This document shows positions 37,638 to 52,057 of a stretch of DNA of 64,000 bases, piece by piece (position 1 is the stretch's first letter; the number at the start of each line of letters is the position of its first letter). The notes under the pieces were generated by a model that was not told where the DNA came from, did not search any database, and was given only the letters and a program-made list of their open reading frames with translations. A program made the position numbers and the translations under genes. This DNA comes from Hypanus sabinus (Eukaryota). The stretch covers positions 169,260,001 through 169,324,000 of the forward strand of contig NC_082712.1 in the NCBI RefSeq assembly GCF_030144855.1. The letters are read 5' to 3'.

Positions 37638-40549
37638 TGGACATGGGTCAAGCCTTACCAGAAGGAATAATTTCAATCAGGTGTTCGTGCATAGAATTCT
37701 GATGAATGGGTTTGTGTTAGGATTTTCTTTTAACTCTCATTTTTTTACTCCCTTTTCCCTCACTTCTTTATTGTTTTCATAAAGAGGTGAGAGACAAAGA
37801 AGCAGAAGGACATTACAAGGCTTTAATGTTCTGAATTCTGGTCTGAACATCTTTTTGAAACCTAGAACAAGAAACATAATCTAAAGACTATTTCAAGACA
37901 ATCCACAGGGATTATAAAGAGAACCATAACTGATAATAGTTAGTCATAATCAGTTCCTTGACCTTAAAGATAAACTGTTGTCACCTGCTGTGAATTAAAA
38001 GCTAATCATTGTAATTGTCATTCCATCATAATTCTGTCAGTACTTGCAAAATTTCTTCCAAGGGTAAAAACTAAATCAGTGGAATAATGCAATAGTACCA
38101 GTGTAACACATATAAAGTACTGCATCTACGAAAAGGATAAACAATCAACATTTTGGGCTGAGACTCTTTTTCAGGACTGGAAAGGAAGGGGAAAGAAGTC
38201 AGAAGTAAGTGGGGGGGGGGGAATGACGTGAGAAGCTTCAAGGTGATGGGCGGAAAAGATAAAGTGCTGAAGGAGAAGGAATCTGATAGGAGGAGAGAGT
38301 GGACCATAGAAGAAAAGGAAGGAGGATGGGTGCCAGGAAGAAGGGATAGATACGTGAGAAGAAGAGGTAAGAGGGGAGTTACAGTGGGGAATGGAATAAG
38401 AGGGAAGGAGGAGAGGGAAAATTTACCAGAAGTTACATAAATTAGGGATGGCATCGTAGTGCAGTGGTTAGCATAAAGCTTTACAATGCCAGCAACCTGA
38501 GTTCAATCCCACCCCTGCCTGTAAGGAGTCTGAACATTCTCCCCATGACTGTGTAGGTTTCTTCTAGGTGTTCCAGTTTCCTCCCACATCCCAAACACAT
38601 AAAGGTTAGTAGGTTAACTGGTCACAAAGGTGTAATTGGGCTGCAGACGGCCTGTCACCATGCTGTATCTCTAATTAAATAAACCAATGTTCATTCCATC
38701 AAGTTGGAGGCTACCCAGACAGAATATGAGGTCTTTCTCCTCCAACCTGAGAGTGGCCTCATCACGATAGTAGCAGTGGACCGACATGTCAGAATGGGAA
38801 TGGAGATTGGAATTAAAGTGGTTGGGCACTAGGAATTCCTCCTGCTTGTTGCAGATGGAGCGAAGGTGCTCAACAAAGCAGTCCCCAGCCTATGTCATAT
38901 GTCACCGATGCAGAGGAGGTAGGAGGAGCTGCACAACATCCTTTAAATGGTTTTACCTGCTCTCCTTGATCTGTGATAATTATTGAGTCTGCTCATATGT
39001 TGACAGTTACTTGTTTGATTACTGACATTTGCACATGTGACTATTCAGATAACTGTTAGCTGCTCGTGGCTTTTGCATTATTGTCTTGTAAACTGTTGGT
39101 TGCTGTTGTGTTGTCTGTTATGGTACTGTCCTGTGGTTTTATGCGTAGCAGTTCAGGTATGTTTCATACACTGGCAATAAAGTGATCCTAATTCTGATCT
39201 CTAAAATCCACAGCCTCCTCCACCTACAGTGAACCCTTGGAACACCACCACCTGCAACTTTCTTTCTAAGTGGATGGTATCCAACAGCTGTGGAAGTACT
39301 TCCATCACACAGAGTGCAGCAGCTTTCGAGGGTTGGCCATCATCTGTTGAAAAACATTGAGCAGCAGACAACTATAATCTCCCTTACCAGGATGGCCTGA
39401 ACTTCAAAACCGAACTCTGCAAAAGGTCAAACAAGGCCCAAGTTGCTGCACAGTTGTGATACTGGTTGCTGTTATGATTACAAAGTTTATATTATGTTTC
39501 AGAACGTTACTTCTGGGCAATAACATCCCTGAGAATTGAGTCACTCTGTTCAGAAAAATGCATCTTTGAAATACTTCTTCCCAATCTAACAATGCCCACT
39601 CACACAATGGCTGCACCACTTGAACCTAATTTCTTTTTAATGCCCCTGCCAAGTGCCCAATTATGCACAATCCAATGTCTCCTCGGGCAGAATGTCCTAA
39701 CTGCACCCATTTGTTTCATTTGAACACTCTTCCCCGCTACTCAATCCAATGTCTTCTCAGGAACTGTGGCATGCAGAATTTTTAAAATATTAAAATAAAT
39801 GTCTTAATTAAGCACTAGAAATCAACAACACATTTAATGGAAATTAACTTCTTTACATTCACCTGCAGCCCAAGCACAGTAAAATCTAAGGAAGTTTATA
39901 CCACACTGGAGTCCCTGAGGAGTCCAATGACTCCCACAGAAAGCATCCCTACAGCATCAGTACAAGACTCCACCTGGGCAAACCAGCAGATAGCAGTTCT
40001 TTTAAATGGCAGATATGATCCTATAATTCAACAGAAACGAAGAGGTGCTACTGCGTTATTCAAAGTGGAACAGGTCAACCCTGGTTGATGTTTCTTTCTC
40101 TGAGAGTTTGACTGTTGCTATGTAACATCACACTATGGAAACTGACTGCTGTGTTTGCTAACAGCACTAACATTTCAAAATGATTCACTGCCCAAGGCAT
40201 AAAAGGTAGGTAGTTATTAAAAAAAATATATTTGGAGTTACAGTGCACAAGCCACACCATCCCCCAAACCCAAAAATTTAATCCAAGCCTAATCAAGGGA
40301 CAATTTATAAATGACCAATTAACCTACTAATCTTCCCTACTGTGGGAAGAAACTGGAGCACCCCAAGAAAACTCACATGTACACGGGAAGGAAGGTACAA
40401 ACTTGCTTATTGATGACGCCAGATTTGAACTCCAAGCTCTAATGCTCTGGGTTGTAGTAGCATTGTGCTATTGTGGTGACCCCTCCCCCCAATATGGCAC
40501 AATATAAATGCAATGAAAAACTGAAATCCTATTGTAAACATGTCCGAAC

Positions 40550-40719
40550 CTTAGTTCAGCCAATTCATTCTGGCAGGAAGAAAGATCTTGCTCTGTGCGT
40601 TCTTGCAACTTTGCTTGCTGAAGAACCTTCTCCAGTTCCTCTACTTTGGTTTTGAACCACATTATCTCAGAAGAATCATTATTGTTTCTTAACTTCTGGT
40701 CTTTAACAGACCCTTTTAC
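40550..40719 (-). CDS. GOLGB1: GOLGB1 coding exon: VKGSVKDQKLRNNNDSSEIMWFKTKVEELEKVLQQAKLQERTEQDLSSCQNELAEL(R)
   Basis: Acceptor tctcttttcag, donor gttcgg. 170 nt, phase 0 to 2. Confidence 0.9.
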
Positions 40720-41084
40720 CTGAAAAGAGAAAATAGCATTCAGTTTTAACAGACACTTAAATCAAAGTTACAACTTACCCTGCCCATATCCACTCTAACT
40801 CTTAAAAAGCTATAAGAAATTTACTTAGCAACACAAATAAAATGTTGTCAACACCTGCATAATCTCGTGTTTATCTTTATTTAGCATGCTATCCTAAGAG
40901 ACAAGTCCTATCGATAACAATTTACAGTTTCAAATTTATCATCTTGAGATGGCTCTCTGCTCACTTTACTCATTGAGGCAAGGGCTTGTTTCCTTGCAGG
41001 CCATTAATTAATAAAAACCTTTCTTCAATGTCAATTCTAAAACAGTGCTTGAATTAGCAGACAGAAAAAAAAAATGATTTCTAC

Positions 41085-44000
41085 CTTGAGGTCATCTGTC
41101 TGCCTGATTTTGAGTTGCTCAATATCCTCCAGAAGTCTATCTCTCTCGCTCTGTAGAGCCATCAACATTTTCTCAAAAGATTCTGTTCGAGAAGCTAGCT
41201 CCTTGTTCTCATTCATGGCATCCAAAAGTCTTTGTTCAATCACTGAATATGACAATCCTGCCAATTTTTCTTCAGTTTGCTCCTGCACCTTTCCATCATT
41301 ATTTACCGACATTTTAACGTCTGCCTTTAATTTAACCAGTCTTTCAACTTCAGAACTTTTGTTTTCCAGCTCTTTTAAGCTGGCTCCTCCAATACTTGCT
41401 TCTTTTTTGAGCTCTTCACATTCCCGAGTTTTAGCTTGAGCTTTTTGTTGGAGCAAAAGAATTAACTCTCTCTCATTTACTTCAGATTTATCCTCTTCTC
41501 TTTCTAAACTAACAGCCTTCAATTGTTCCAGAATTTGGGCATTCTCTTCTTGTACAGTCTTGAGGCTTTCATTACTTTTTTCCAGGGAACTTTGTGCAAC
41601 TTTCCACTGTTCTTCTAAGTTGGATTTTTCATGCTCAAGATGTTGAATCTGTTGTAATTGTTTTTGTAACAGCTCTTTCAACTGATTATCCTTCAAAGAT
41701 AGGACCTGATTAAGCTCCTCCCTGTGCTTAACCAACTGTGCTTTAAGCATTGCATTTTCAGAATTAAGGTCATCCATCTCATTCAGCAAGTTTCTAATTT
41801 CTTGCTTCAGTTCATTGTTTTCAGTTGCACTCTCCTGAATAATGCCATCTTTCTGCCCAAGCATGTTGAGATGTCGCTGTTCTAGTTGCGTGTATTCTGA
41901 TAAGATACGATCTCGGTCATCTTGCAGGGAAGCCATCGACTTTGTGAAGGCATCCAGTTTGCTAACAGCTTTGTCCTTTTCTTCTCTAATCTTTCCAAGT
42001 TGGACTTCCAACTCTTTCAAGTCATTGACTCCTTTCTGGTGATCCTGATGCAGAATCTTCAACTTCTTTTCATAATCATCTACTTGCCTTCTGTGTTGCT
42101 GCTGGATTTCCACCACATACTCGGAAATTTCACTGTCTTTCGATGAAACAAGCTTTGAGATCTCCGCATCTTTACTGCTCAACATTAACTTCAACTGCTG
42201 GGAAATAGCATTCTGCTTCTGAAGATCACCCCACAACTTTTCGTTATCAGCCTCAAGTTGATGACTCTCAGACTGTTTTTCTGCAAGGTCTTTTATCAGA
42301 ATTTGCTCTGTCTCTTTCAACTCAGTCACAGACTGACTCATGTCAGATAGCTGTGTGCTTAAGTAATTATTTTCCTGTGACAATTTGGATAAGACTGCCT
42401 CTTTGTCTTTTAATGACCCTTCCAGCTCTCCAATTTTTTCTAAATGTTGGCGAATAATGTCTTTCAAGTTAATTACTTCACTTTGATGCCTGACATGAGC
42501 ATCCTTACTACCCACATTAAGATCATTTATTGTCTGCTCCAGCTTTGAAGTTCTGAATTGGAGTTCTTGAAGGTTGAATGATTTCACCTTTATCTCCTCA
42601 TGAAGCTTTTGTAACATTTCTTCTTTCATTTGCACTTGATTTTCCATACTTTGGATAGTATCCTGGAATCTAGCTTCCCATTTTCTGGTCTCTTCAATAA
42701 TCCTGTCTCTGTCATCTTGAAGAGAGGACATAGACTTGGTAAATGCTGCCAGTTTAGCCAGGTTGTTATTCAACTCATCCCGCAGCTTTTTTATCGTGAG
42801 ATCCCGTCCATTTATTTCAGCTTGCAGTTCCAAAATTTCTGCAACCACTCTATCTTTGTCCCTCTCCAACATATCCAGTTTGTCCTGGTAACTCAACATT
42901 TCATTGTGATGAATTTTTTTCTGTTGATCCAAAATCTCAAGAAGTTCCTTCTCTTTTTCAGTAATTTGAGCTTTTGTCTTCTCCTCAGTCTTCCGAAGAT
43001 CTTCCGTTAATCCTAAACATTGCATACGAGCATTTTCAGCTTCAGTTCTAGAGTCACAGAGCATGACTTTGTAAGATTTAAGTTCTTCTTGAAGAAGCTT
43101 GACCTGTCTTTCTGATTCAGAAGCTTTTGCAGTCATAGATTCTAGTTTCCTGCCCATTTCTTCACAGGACGATTCTGACATTTTGACTCCTCGCTCCAGG
43201 TCCAAAATGAGCTCTTGATACTTGATGCAGTCTTTCTGCAACTGAATTATTTCTTGTTGCTTCTCCTTTAACAATTCTTGCAATTCCTTAGTTTCACCCT
43301 TGGATGTGGTCTTACCCCTCCGAGCAGACCGGAGCTGCTCCTCAAACTCTTTCACTAATTTTACTTCCTGGGCCTCTCTTTCTTTGATCAAATGACGTTT
43401 CTCTTCTCTGAAGCAAGCTAATTCATTGACAAGTGAATTATTCTGCATATGAAGTGTCTTTAGTGCTTCAGTTAATTGATCAATCTTGTCCACATTTTTT
43501 AGTAATTCTGCCTCCAGGTACTCTCTCTCATTCTTGACTTTGTCTGACATTTCCTGGACATTTTCAAGTTCTTCCTGGAGGAGAGATTTGTCATCCTCTA
43601 AAATTTTGACTTTTTCATTCAAGTTTATAGTCTCTTGCTGGCAAGCTTTTATTTCCTGCTCAAGCTGTATAATTATTTCACCTTTTTCATGAGTCTCCAC
43701 TCTGAGACAAAACTCTAACTGTTGAAGCTTCTCAGGCAGTGACTGTCTTACTTTCCCGATGTTGTAAACCTCTCCTTTCTCAACTGTAAGTGTGTTCTCC
43801 AGGGATTGCACTTCCGAAGACTGTGACTCATTTACCTGAGACTTGTGGTCAACTTGTGATGGTAACCCAGACTGATAAAATGCACTCTCACTCTGCCAAT
43901 GCTCTATGATAGACATAGATGAATTAAATTCATTCAAAAGGTGTTCTCTCTCTTTCTGGGTTTTCTGAAACTCTGCTTTAAGATCGTCATAAGACTGCTT

Positions 44001-47000
44001 CTGTAATGTGTATTCTTCCTGGAGCTGACTGTATTGTGTGGACAATTTGCTTGTGTGACTCTGCTTTGCAGCAGCAATAGTTTGTAACTCATTATTGATT
44101 CTTTCGATCTCTTCCTCGAGCTCCTGAACTCTTTGCTGTTTAGATTTTGCTAACTTCCTCATCTTTTCCTTTATTTTCTCATTTTCATCACAAGCCTCCT
44201 CAAGCTGCCTCTTGATGCTTTGCCGCTCCGCTTCAGCATCACGAAGCTTGAAAAACACCTCCTGTTTCTCTTTTCTTGTTGTCTCAACTACCTGCCTCAT
44301 CTTATCCATTTCATTGCTAATGTTTTCATAGGACTGCAAAAGGGATTCATATTCACACTTTAATTCATCGTGCTTTGTCTTCCACTCTGATAATTCTGCT
44401 GTCTGGGAACTTCTCAATGAATCCAGCTGGACAGAATATTGTTGCTTCTCTTGAGTTAGAATTTCCAGAGTGTGCTTCAGACTTTCACAGACAGCACTTA
44501 GATCCCGTTTCTCTGCGAATGCAATATCTACTTCAGAAATAAGTCGCCTCTTCTCTTCCTGGTGTGTTAATGCTGCCTGCTGTAAGGGCTCAAGTTGTCT
44601 CTTCATTTCAGCCAAGTTTCTTTCAAGGGTAGGAATCTTAGAAAGAATTTCTTCCTTTTCAGATGTTAAAACATTGATTTCGTGCTTTAGAGTTTTGTTT
44701 TCTTTCAGAGCTTCTTTCCGAGATATTAGTGCTGCTTGCAGCTTTCTCTGCATCAGCTCTTTTGACTTGCCTTCCTCAGAACTATCTGCGGACCTCTGGT
44801 GAACTTCATTGCTGCAAGACTTTGCACGTTCACTTTGTGCTTCATAAAATATAGATTGTTTCTGTACTTGCAACTGTAGCTCATCAACAAGCTTTTCCTT
44901 TTCAGACAATGTACCTTCTAATACCTTTATGGTGTTCTCTCGCTCTTGTAAGTTCTCGTGCACTTTCACAAGCTCAGACTGCACAGCTAGTAACTGAGTT
45001 GTGCATACCCTGTCCTCCTCTGCCTCTTCAGACTGCCTAGACTGTTTCAATGTTGCTTTGAGCTCTGCGTTCTCCACCTGAAAGGCAGCCAGCTGTGCCT
45101 GGATACCTTCTTTTTCATTGTTTAAATCCAGCAGCCGTGATTTGAGACAATTCACATCTTCGACTTCATTTGCTAAAGAGCGACAGTAATTCTCTTTGTC
45201 TTTCATTGCTTCCTCCAGGGCAATTCTGAGGGCCTTGCCTTCCGCTTGGGTAGACTGACAGTGATTGTGAAGCCGGTGAATCTCTGCTGCTTGACTCTCC
45301 TTTTCCTCTTGCTGCTGTTGCTCCAGACTGATGATGGACTGCTTCAGCGTTTCTGCCTCTTCTGACTTTTCCACAATTCTCACCTGTAGGTGTTCCAAAT
45401 CTGACATTAACTCTTCTTTTTCTTGCTGCAGCTGGTTGTTAGCATCTTCAAGGCTTTTCATACCATCCTCTTTTAAAGACAGTGTGGAAACCACATTAGC
45501 TAATTTATTCTCAAGGGCCTGAACTTCTTCATTCTGATTTACAAGTGTAAGCATCTTGCTCTCCTCTTCATCAAGTTGATCTTTAAGCTGCTTCACCATC
45601 AGTTCTTTATCATTAAGCAAACTATTGACTGAATGTAGCTGCTTTTCCAAAGACACTATTAATTCTCTTTTATATTCAAGCTCGGTAAGCTTTGTTTGAT
45701 GTGCATCTTGGGCTGCAGCCAGTTCCTCTTTAATATCCTCTAACTCTTTGCTCTGTGTGGAATATTTTTCTGAAATGTGGTTGTACTCCTCCTTTTGTTG
45801 TGAGAGCTGCTCTTTGTGATGCCTATCCTTCTCTTGAGCCTTTCTGATAGTTTCCTTCCGAGCCAAAAGTGCTGCTTGCAGCTTCTTTTGTAGATGTTCC
45901 TTTTCTTGTTTGAGTGCATTTAGCTTATTCACAACTTCAGAAACACCACTACTACCATTGCTAAGAGCTTCACTAGTGTTAGGTAATTCTGCATCTGAAC
46001 ATTCTGATATTTTAGATAATGCTGTTTTTAGAGCTTTAATGTTTGAATTAAATTGATAACGCTCGCCATCAAATGCCTTCTCCTTTTCTGTTAAAACAGA
46101 TTTGAGTTGTGCAATCGAAGAATCTTTCTCTTGAATAATTTTGAACAATTCCACAGACAGGGCATCTTTCTCTGCTTCAGACTGACTTACATTTTTCTGT
46201 AATTGTTCTATGAATGTTTCTTTTGTGGAAAGTGTCTCACTAAGAATATTTATATCACCATCCTTCTCTAGCAGCTGTTGTTTGAGAACTTCAAGGTGCA
46301 TTTCAAGCTCCTTAAACTCCTTCTGACTACATGTCACTTGGCTTTCAAGCATTCTACATTTACTCTGCAATTCTTCCATTTGCTTGCTTCTGTCTACATC
46401 CGCTGTAGCACTTTGCTGTAATTCATTAACTTTCTTCATCAGATCCCTTCTGGTTAACAGTGCAGCCTGAAATTTCTTCTTGAGTAGGTCCCTCTCTTTT
46501 GTTAGTGCTTGTGTCTTTGAAAAAAGCTGTTCATTTTCAGTCACAATGCCTTGATACTGGTCTTCCTTTGCTTTTAGAAGAATGTCTTGCTTTTCCAATT
46601 GTTTATTTAACTCCTCAAGTTCACATGTAAAGCTAGCAATCTTCTCAGCAGAGACACAATTTTGCAACTTAAGCTCCTGCATTTCATCAGTCAGTTGTTT
46701 CTCTCTGTCTGCTGCTTTAACCACTTCCTTTGAAATGGATTCTGAAAGCTGAATTGTAGAAGCATCCTTCTCCCTCAGCTGTTGACTAAGAGCAGCCAAC
46801 AGTTCTTGCTGTTGTGTTATTTGCATAGTCAGAGTTTGTATCTCGTGTTCTTTCTTTTGCAGAGTATCAAAAAGCTTGCTCCCTTCCTTCAGGGAATCCT
46901 CCAGATGCTGAGATTTCTTTTTCAGTTCTTGCTCCAGAGCACAGAGTCGTTCCTGTGTTGAACGACTTTGTTGGAAACTATCATCTAAACTATTCTGCCT

Positions 47001-50000
47001 TTCTCTGAGCTCACCTTGTGATTTCTGCAGTTTATCCTGGAGATCAACTATTTGTCTTTGTAAACTTTCCAGCTCCAATTGATGACTTAATTTTGTCTGG
47101 CTGAGCTCATTATGAAGTAAAAGCTTCTCTTCTTCAAAAGACATTAATTTATCAGCCATGCTTTTTGCACTTTCCAAAATAGTATTCTCATTTGCAGTAA
47201 TACTACTTTTCAAATTCTCTATTTCTTTTTCCTTTCCAGATAAAGTAAGCTTTAAATCACTTATGGCATTTTCATGACTAAAAACTAAAGCTGATAATTC
47301 ATCCAGCCTGGATTGTTTTTCAGCAAGTTCCTGAGTGAAGTTGGATGCCAGTTCTGTTAACTGATGTTCACTGGTTTGTAATTGCAAATACTGTTCAGAA
47401 AACTCGTCTTGCAAATTATCTAAAGCCTTTTGCAAGCTGTCAATTTTTGCGTCTTTTGCCTCTATTTGATATCCCAAAAAGCTTAATTTTTCAGTCAGCA
47501 GACTATTTTGCTCAGTTTCTTTATTCAATTCCGCCAAGCACTTTCTATCTGATTCCATCAGACTTTGCTCTAATTTTTGAACTTCAAATTGCAGTTTTAA
47601 AATTTCCTCTGATTTAAGACTGACCTGTTTCTGAAGACATTCATTGTCATCCTTCAGATGCAGCGAAACATCGAGCTCCTCTCTAATCTCATGCATTCTT
47701 ACAAGCTTCTCTTCGAGCACCTGCAGTTCTTCTGATTTTTGTTGTAACTGCTTCTGGATGGAGGCATCCATTTCTTCCTTCTCTGCTTTCACCGTCTTCA
47801 AATCTTGATCCAACGCTGAATTTTCTTTCCTGAGTTGATCACACTGCTGGCGAAGATTTTCAATTTTTATCACTTTTTCTTGATGCTCTTGTGTTGACTT
47901 TTCATTCAAAGTTTTCAGTTGTGACTCAAGGCTCTCAATGTGCTCTGTCTGCTCCAAATACTTATTCTGAACGATAATATCATTTTGCTTCAGATCCTGG
48001 TTAGCCACCTCAAGTTGTTGTATGACTTCCTTATATTGGAGGATTTGTGCATTTAGAGCTGCAATCTGGCTGTCCACATTCTTTTGATTGACAGTAATCA
48101 TTTCCTCTTTGTGCTTCAAGATACTCCCATAATCGTTTAATGATGCATGACTCTTTTGAAGTTCCTCTTTTATTGACTCAATTTCAGCCACCAAGGTATT
48201 GGTGTTACACTCTGAGGTTTGAATGATGACATCCTTTTCACTAAGAATTGTTTGAAATCCTGCTATTTCCTCATTCTTCCTGCTGAGCTCCCTACTAATG
48301 TCCTTGAACTGCTCTGATTGCACAGCGAACCTCTCCTGCAGGTGGCTAAAAGCAGTTTCCTTCTCCTGCAGTAACTGCTCCTGTTTCTTTGAATCAGCAA
48401 GTGCATGCTGTACCTGCCTCTGGAGTTCAGAAACTAGCTCTGTGCTTTCATTGAATTGAGATTTCAACAAATCCCTCTCACTCACTTTGTCTTCCAGTCT
48501 CTTGATAAGTTTGCTCTGTTCCAAAATGGATGCTTCCTTTTGTGCAATAGTTTGTCTCAGTTGATTCAGTTCAGAATTCTGGTTATTTACCTGATTATTT
48601 AATTGTGAGAATGAATGCTCAAGATGAATGTACTTTTGATGGAGTGATTCATTTTGAGCTTCTTTTGCTTCCATCTTTGACATCAATTCTTCTTTGCTGG
48701 CTGTAACACTTTCCCTGAACTGCGAAAGAGACAACTCCCTTTCCTTAATGACACTTTTCAGTACATCTGCTTCAGATGTGGCAGCAGCCAGTTGTTCTCG
48801 AAGTTGACAAACAGTATCATCCATTTCGGAATGCACTGTCTTGAGCTTGACACAATCTTCAACTTTACTGGCCAGCAGCAAGTCTCTTTGCTCAATGTTG
48901 CACTCCAGTTCATGAGATTTAAAGGTCAGGTCCTGGATTTGGTTTTGCAGTGTAGAAATGGTTTCCATATTTTCCAAAGATTGCATTTCCAGTGCATGGT
49001 GTTCAGCAGCTATTTTCTGGAGCTGTCCAAGCTCATCTCTCTGCTGTTGCAGGGCTTTTTCTTTCTCTTGCAGAGACAGCTTGAGCTGATTGGCTTCAGT
49101 CACCAGAATTTGCTCCTGATGTTGCAAACCTGAAATTAACTGCAAATATTGGCCCAACTGCTCTTCACTTTGCAAAGTTTTGGCTTGGACCTGCTGCAAT
49201 AATATTCCTTGCTGGTTCAATGATGTCTGCTTCTCTTCAAGTTCCAAGGCAAGCTTTGCAGTGGCAGTACTTAACTCACTGACTTCTTTGTTCAATGAGG
49301 TGATCATCTCCTCTTTTTGTGACAACAGATCCTGAAGGTTTGCAGCCTCACCGACTTTAGTCTGGACTGTAGACTTCATCTCTTCAAGTTCCACTTTAAG
49401 CCTACAATTCTCAGTGCTGAGTGCCTGTGCCTGATCCTGTACAAGGTTTGTTGTTAGTTCATGATCATTCACCTTTCTCTGCAGCTGAATATGTTCAGCA
49501 GTCCGCTGACTTAAAGATGTTTGAAGTTCTTTATTCTCATTCTGAAGACGTTCACTGTCAATATTCAGTGCATCCATTTGCTTCTGTAGCAACACAACCT
49601 CAGCAGTTTTCTGGTCAAGCTGTCTCTGCAGTTGATCGCTTTCATCAGACTTAATATTTAGGAGTGACTCGTTATCACTTAACCGTTGCCTGAGACTTTC
49701 ACCACCTTCTGTCAATTCTCGCAATTGACTTTCTAAGCTTTTAGTAGTAAGCTGGTGCTGACTTAAAACCTCATGCAAGCCATCCAATTCAACCAACTTT
49801 TCATTCAAAGCCACATCCTTGTTCCCAAGCTCAGTACTGAGTACTTGAACTTGATTTTGTAACTCCATTGCTTCCTCTTGTCCCTTGCGCCATTGGTTTT
49901 GGAGCGAAATACATTCAGCATTTTTATTGCTCAGTGCTACCTCCTTTTCACGGTTTGAAAGCTGCAGTTGTTCTAGCTGCACTGTTGCAGACTGCATTTG

Positions 50001-51494
50001 CCCTTGAAGCTGTTCTGTGGTTTGTTGATGCTCTGTAATTTTATCTTTCAGAATGTTACATTCATTTATCTTTTCATACAACTGCTTCTCCACCATGGAT
50101 TTATTTTCCTCCAAAGATTTTAAAAGCTCTAACTTTGCAGTTAATGCTTCTTTTTCTTCTTGCAACAGCGAGATTGTGCTTGAGTATTGCGAAACCAGCT
50201 CTGCTTCAGATGCTATTTTATTCTCTAACTGCTGCACAACATCATTTTGCTTCAATAGTTCATCTTCCTTTTCATTTAGGAGGGTCTTGAGGTTTTCATT
50301 TTCAACAGACATGTCTTTTATACTACACTCCAAACTAGAGTTGATCTTTAAAGTACTAACAGCATTATCTTCTAACTCTCTTACGAGGTTTGCTTGCTCT
50401 GTGAGGTTCCGAACTTGATCGTCCACTGTTGCCTGCAATTGTACATTTGCCACATCAAGTGCTTTTGTTTGGTTTTGCAAGTCAGTAACCAATTTGCTCA
50501 TCTCGTCCACCTGCCTCTTTAAGTCTTCCCTTTCACTTTCTTTAGTCTGTACTTCAAGCATTAATTGAGAATTTGCTTCATCAACCCCCTGAAGCTTTTG
50601 CTCTAAAGCGGCAATGACAGCCAGCCTTTCCTGCAATTTCCCTTCAGTTTCTTCTTTGTATTCAGCAAGTTGTTTGGATAGTTTGCCAAGCTCCTCTGAT
50701 TTTCCAATATTCTCAGCTATTAGGTTATTACACTGGTTTTTCAAAGCTTTCAATTCATTCTCTAAGCATTGTTCTTTTTCCTCTTTCTCTTGGAGGGAAC
50801 TGTCAAGTTTTTCTTTTGCTGAACTACTTTCAGCCAACCGAGCCTTCAGTTTTTCAATTTCTTTCTGGTTTGCAGCAGTCGATTCCTGAAGTTCCTTGGT
50901 GGCCACAGCAACCTTGTTTTCCAGTGTCAATATCCGAGGTCCACATTCAGCAACATGAGTTTGATTTAACATGTCCTGTTTCTGTAACTCTGAGCGCAAA
51001 TCATGAATTGTATCATCGTTTTCTCCAATCTGCTTCATTAAAACCACAATCTCCTTCTCCTTGGCCTCAATTTCACTTTTTGCTTTATGCAATTCAGACT
51101 CCATACTAGAAAGCTGATCAATTAATGATGAAAGGTGGTTACTCATGGTCTGCTCATCAGCAGACCGAGTCTCCTTCAACAACATTATTTCCCTTTCAAC
51201 CCTAACTAAGGCTGCTTGCAGTTCTCCATTCTCCTGCTCTTTATATCTATTTTCCTCCTTTAATGTATTATTCTCCTCTGAATATTCCATCATTCTCTTA
51301 GAAAGAGCAGTCTTTTCCTGCTCCTTCTCCACAATGACTTCCTTAAGAATGTCAATCTCTCTTTCACATCTTTGTAGGTCAGCAATAAGACGGGATCTCT
51401 CCTCCAAGTGACTTGAATTAAGTCGTTCCAGCTCATCGTTCGTCTGCTCCAGATCCTGACGTAGAGCTTCTACCTCAGCTTCCTGTTTCTGTAC
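41085..51494 (-). CDS. GOLGB1: GOLGB1 giant coiled-coil exon (10,410 nt, 3,470 codons)
   Basis: Acceptor tgtgatatccag before VQKQEAEV, donor gtagaa after DDLK. Uninterrupted E/Q/K/L-rich ORF. Giantin-type motifs (K/R)K(L/F)QAAL..R(K/R) occur three times and KL.AFTKSM.SLQDDRDRI twice. Confidence 0.95.
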
Positions 51495-52057
51495 CTGGAT
51501 ATCACAAAGAAGAGGTTTATGTTCAGTAGTGGTTTATTATATCGCAAATGCACACAGGTTTGGGAGCCTATGCTTTTTACATCCAACTGAAAAGGATAAT
51601 TGATTGGAATTGGGAAAAAAAAGTGATTACTAAATATTACAGAAATTGATTTTCATGTTGTCAGACTGGAGGCCACCCTGATGGAATACAAGGTGTTGCT
51701 TCTCCAACCTGAGAGTGGCCTCATCATGAGACTCATAGGATGTCTCTATTCCCACAGTCTATGTTGGTTATGTGATAGAACTATCCATTTAGATCCCCTC
51801 CCTTCATCCACCACCCTGATAATTCCATTCCAAGTAACTATAGATGACTATTTTTTTTTAAATGTCTCACCTTTTCTTTGCTTGAGGATAATTTTTCCGT
51901 GAGGTCCAGGACTGTATTTTTCAATTCAGCACACTCCAGTTCAAAAGCACTGCATTTCTTGGTTACACAACCCAGCTAATAAAAAGAAAAGATTCCTAAC
52001 TATCGTTAAATTTTACATGTTATACAGACAGAATTACAGCAAATATAAACATAAGAT

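Noticed and set aside
41037-51407. The 3,456-aa ORF as a standalone intronless gene
   Set aside because: Its 'start' is a TTG inside an exon. The frame extends to a splice acceptor at 51494 and joins flanking exons in phase on both sides.
41074-51411. Many plus-strand ORFs (60-126 aa) overlapping the giant exon
   Set aside because: They are antisense shadows of a long E/Q/K/L-biased ORF, giving Ser/Phe/Cys-rich translations with no independent evidence.
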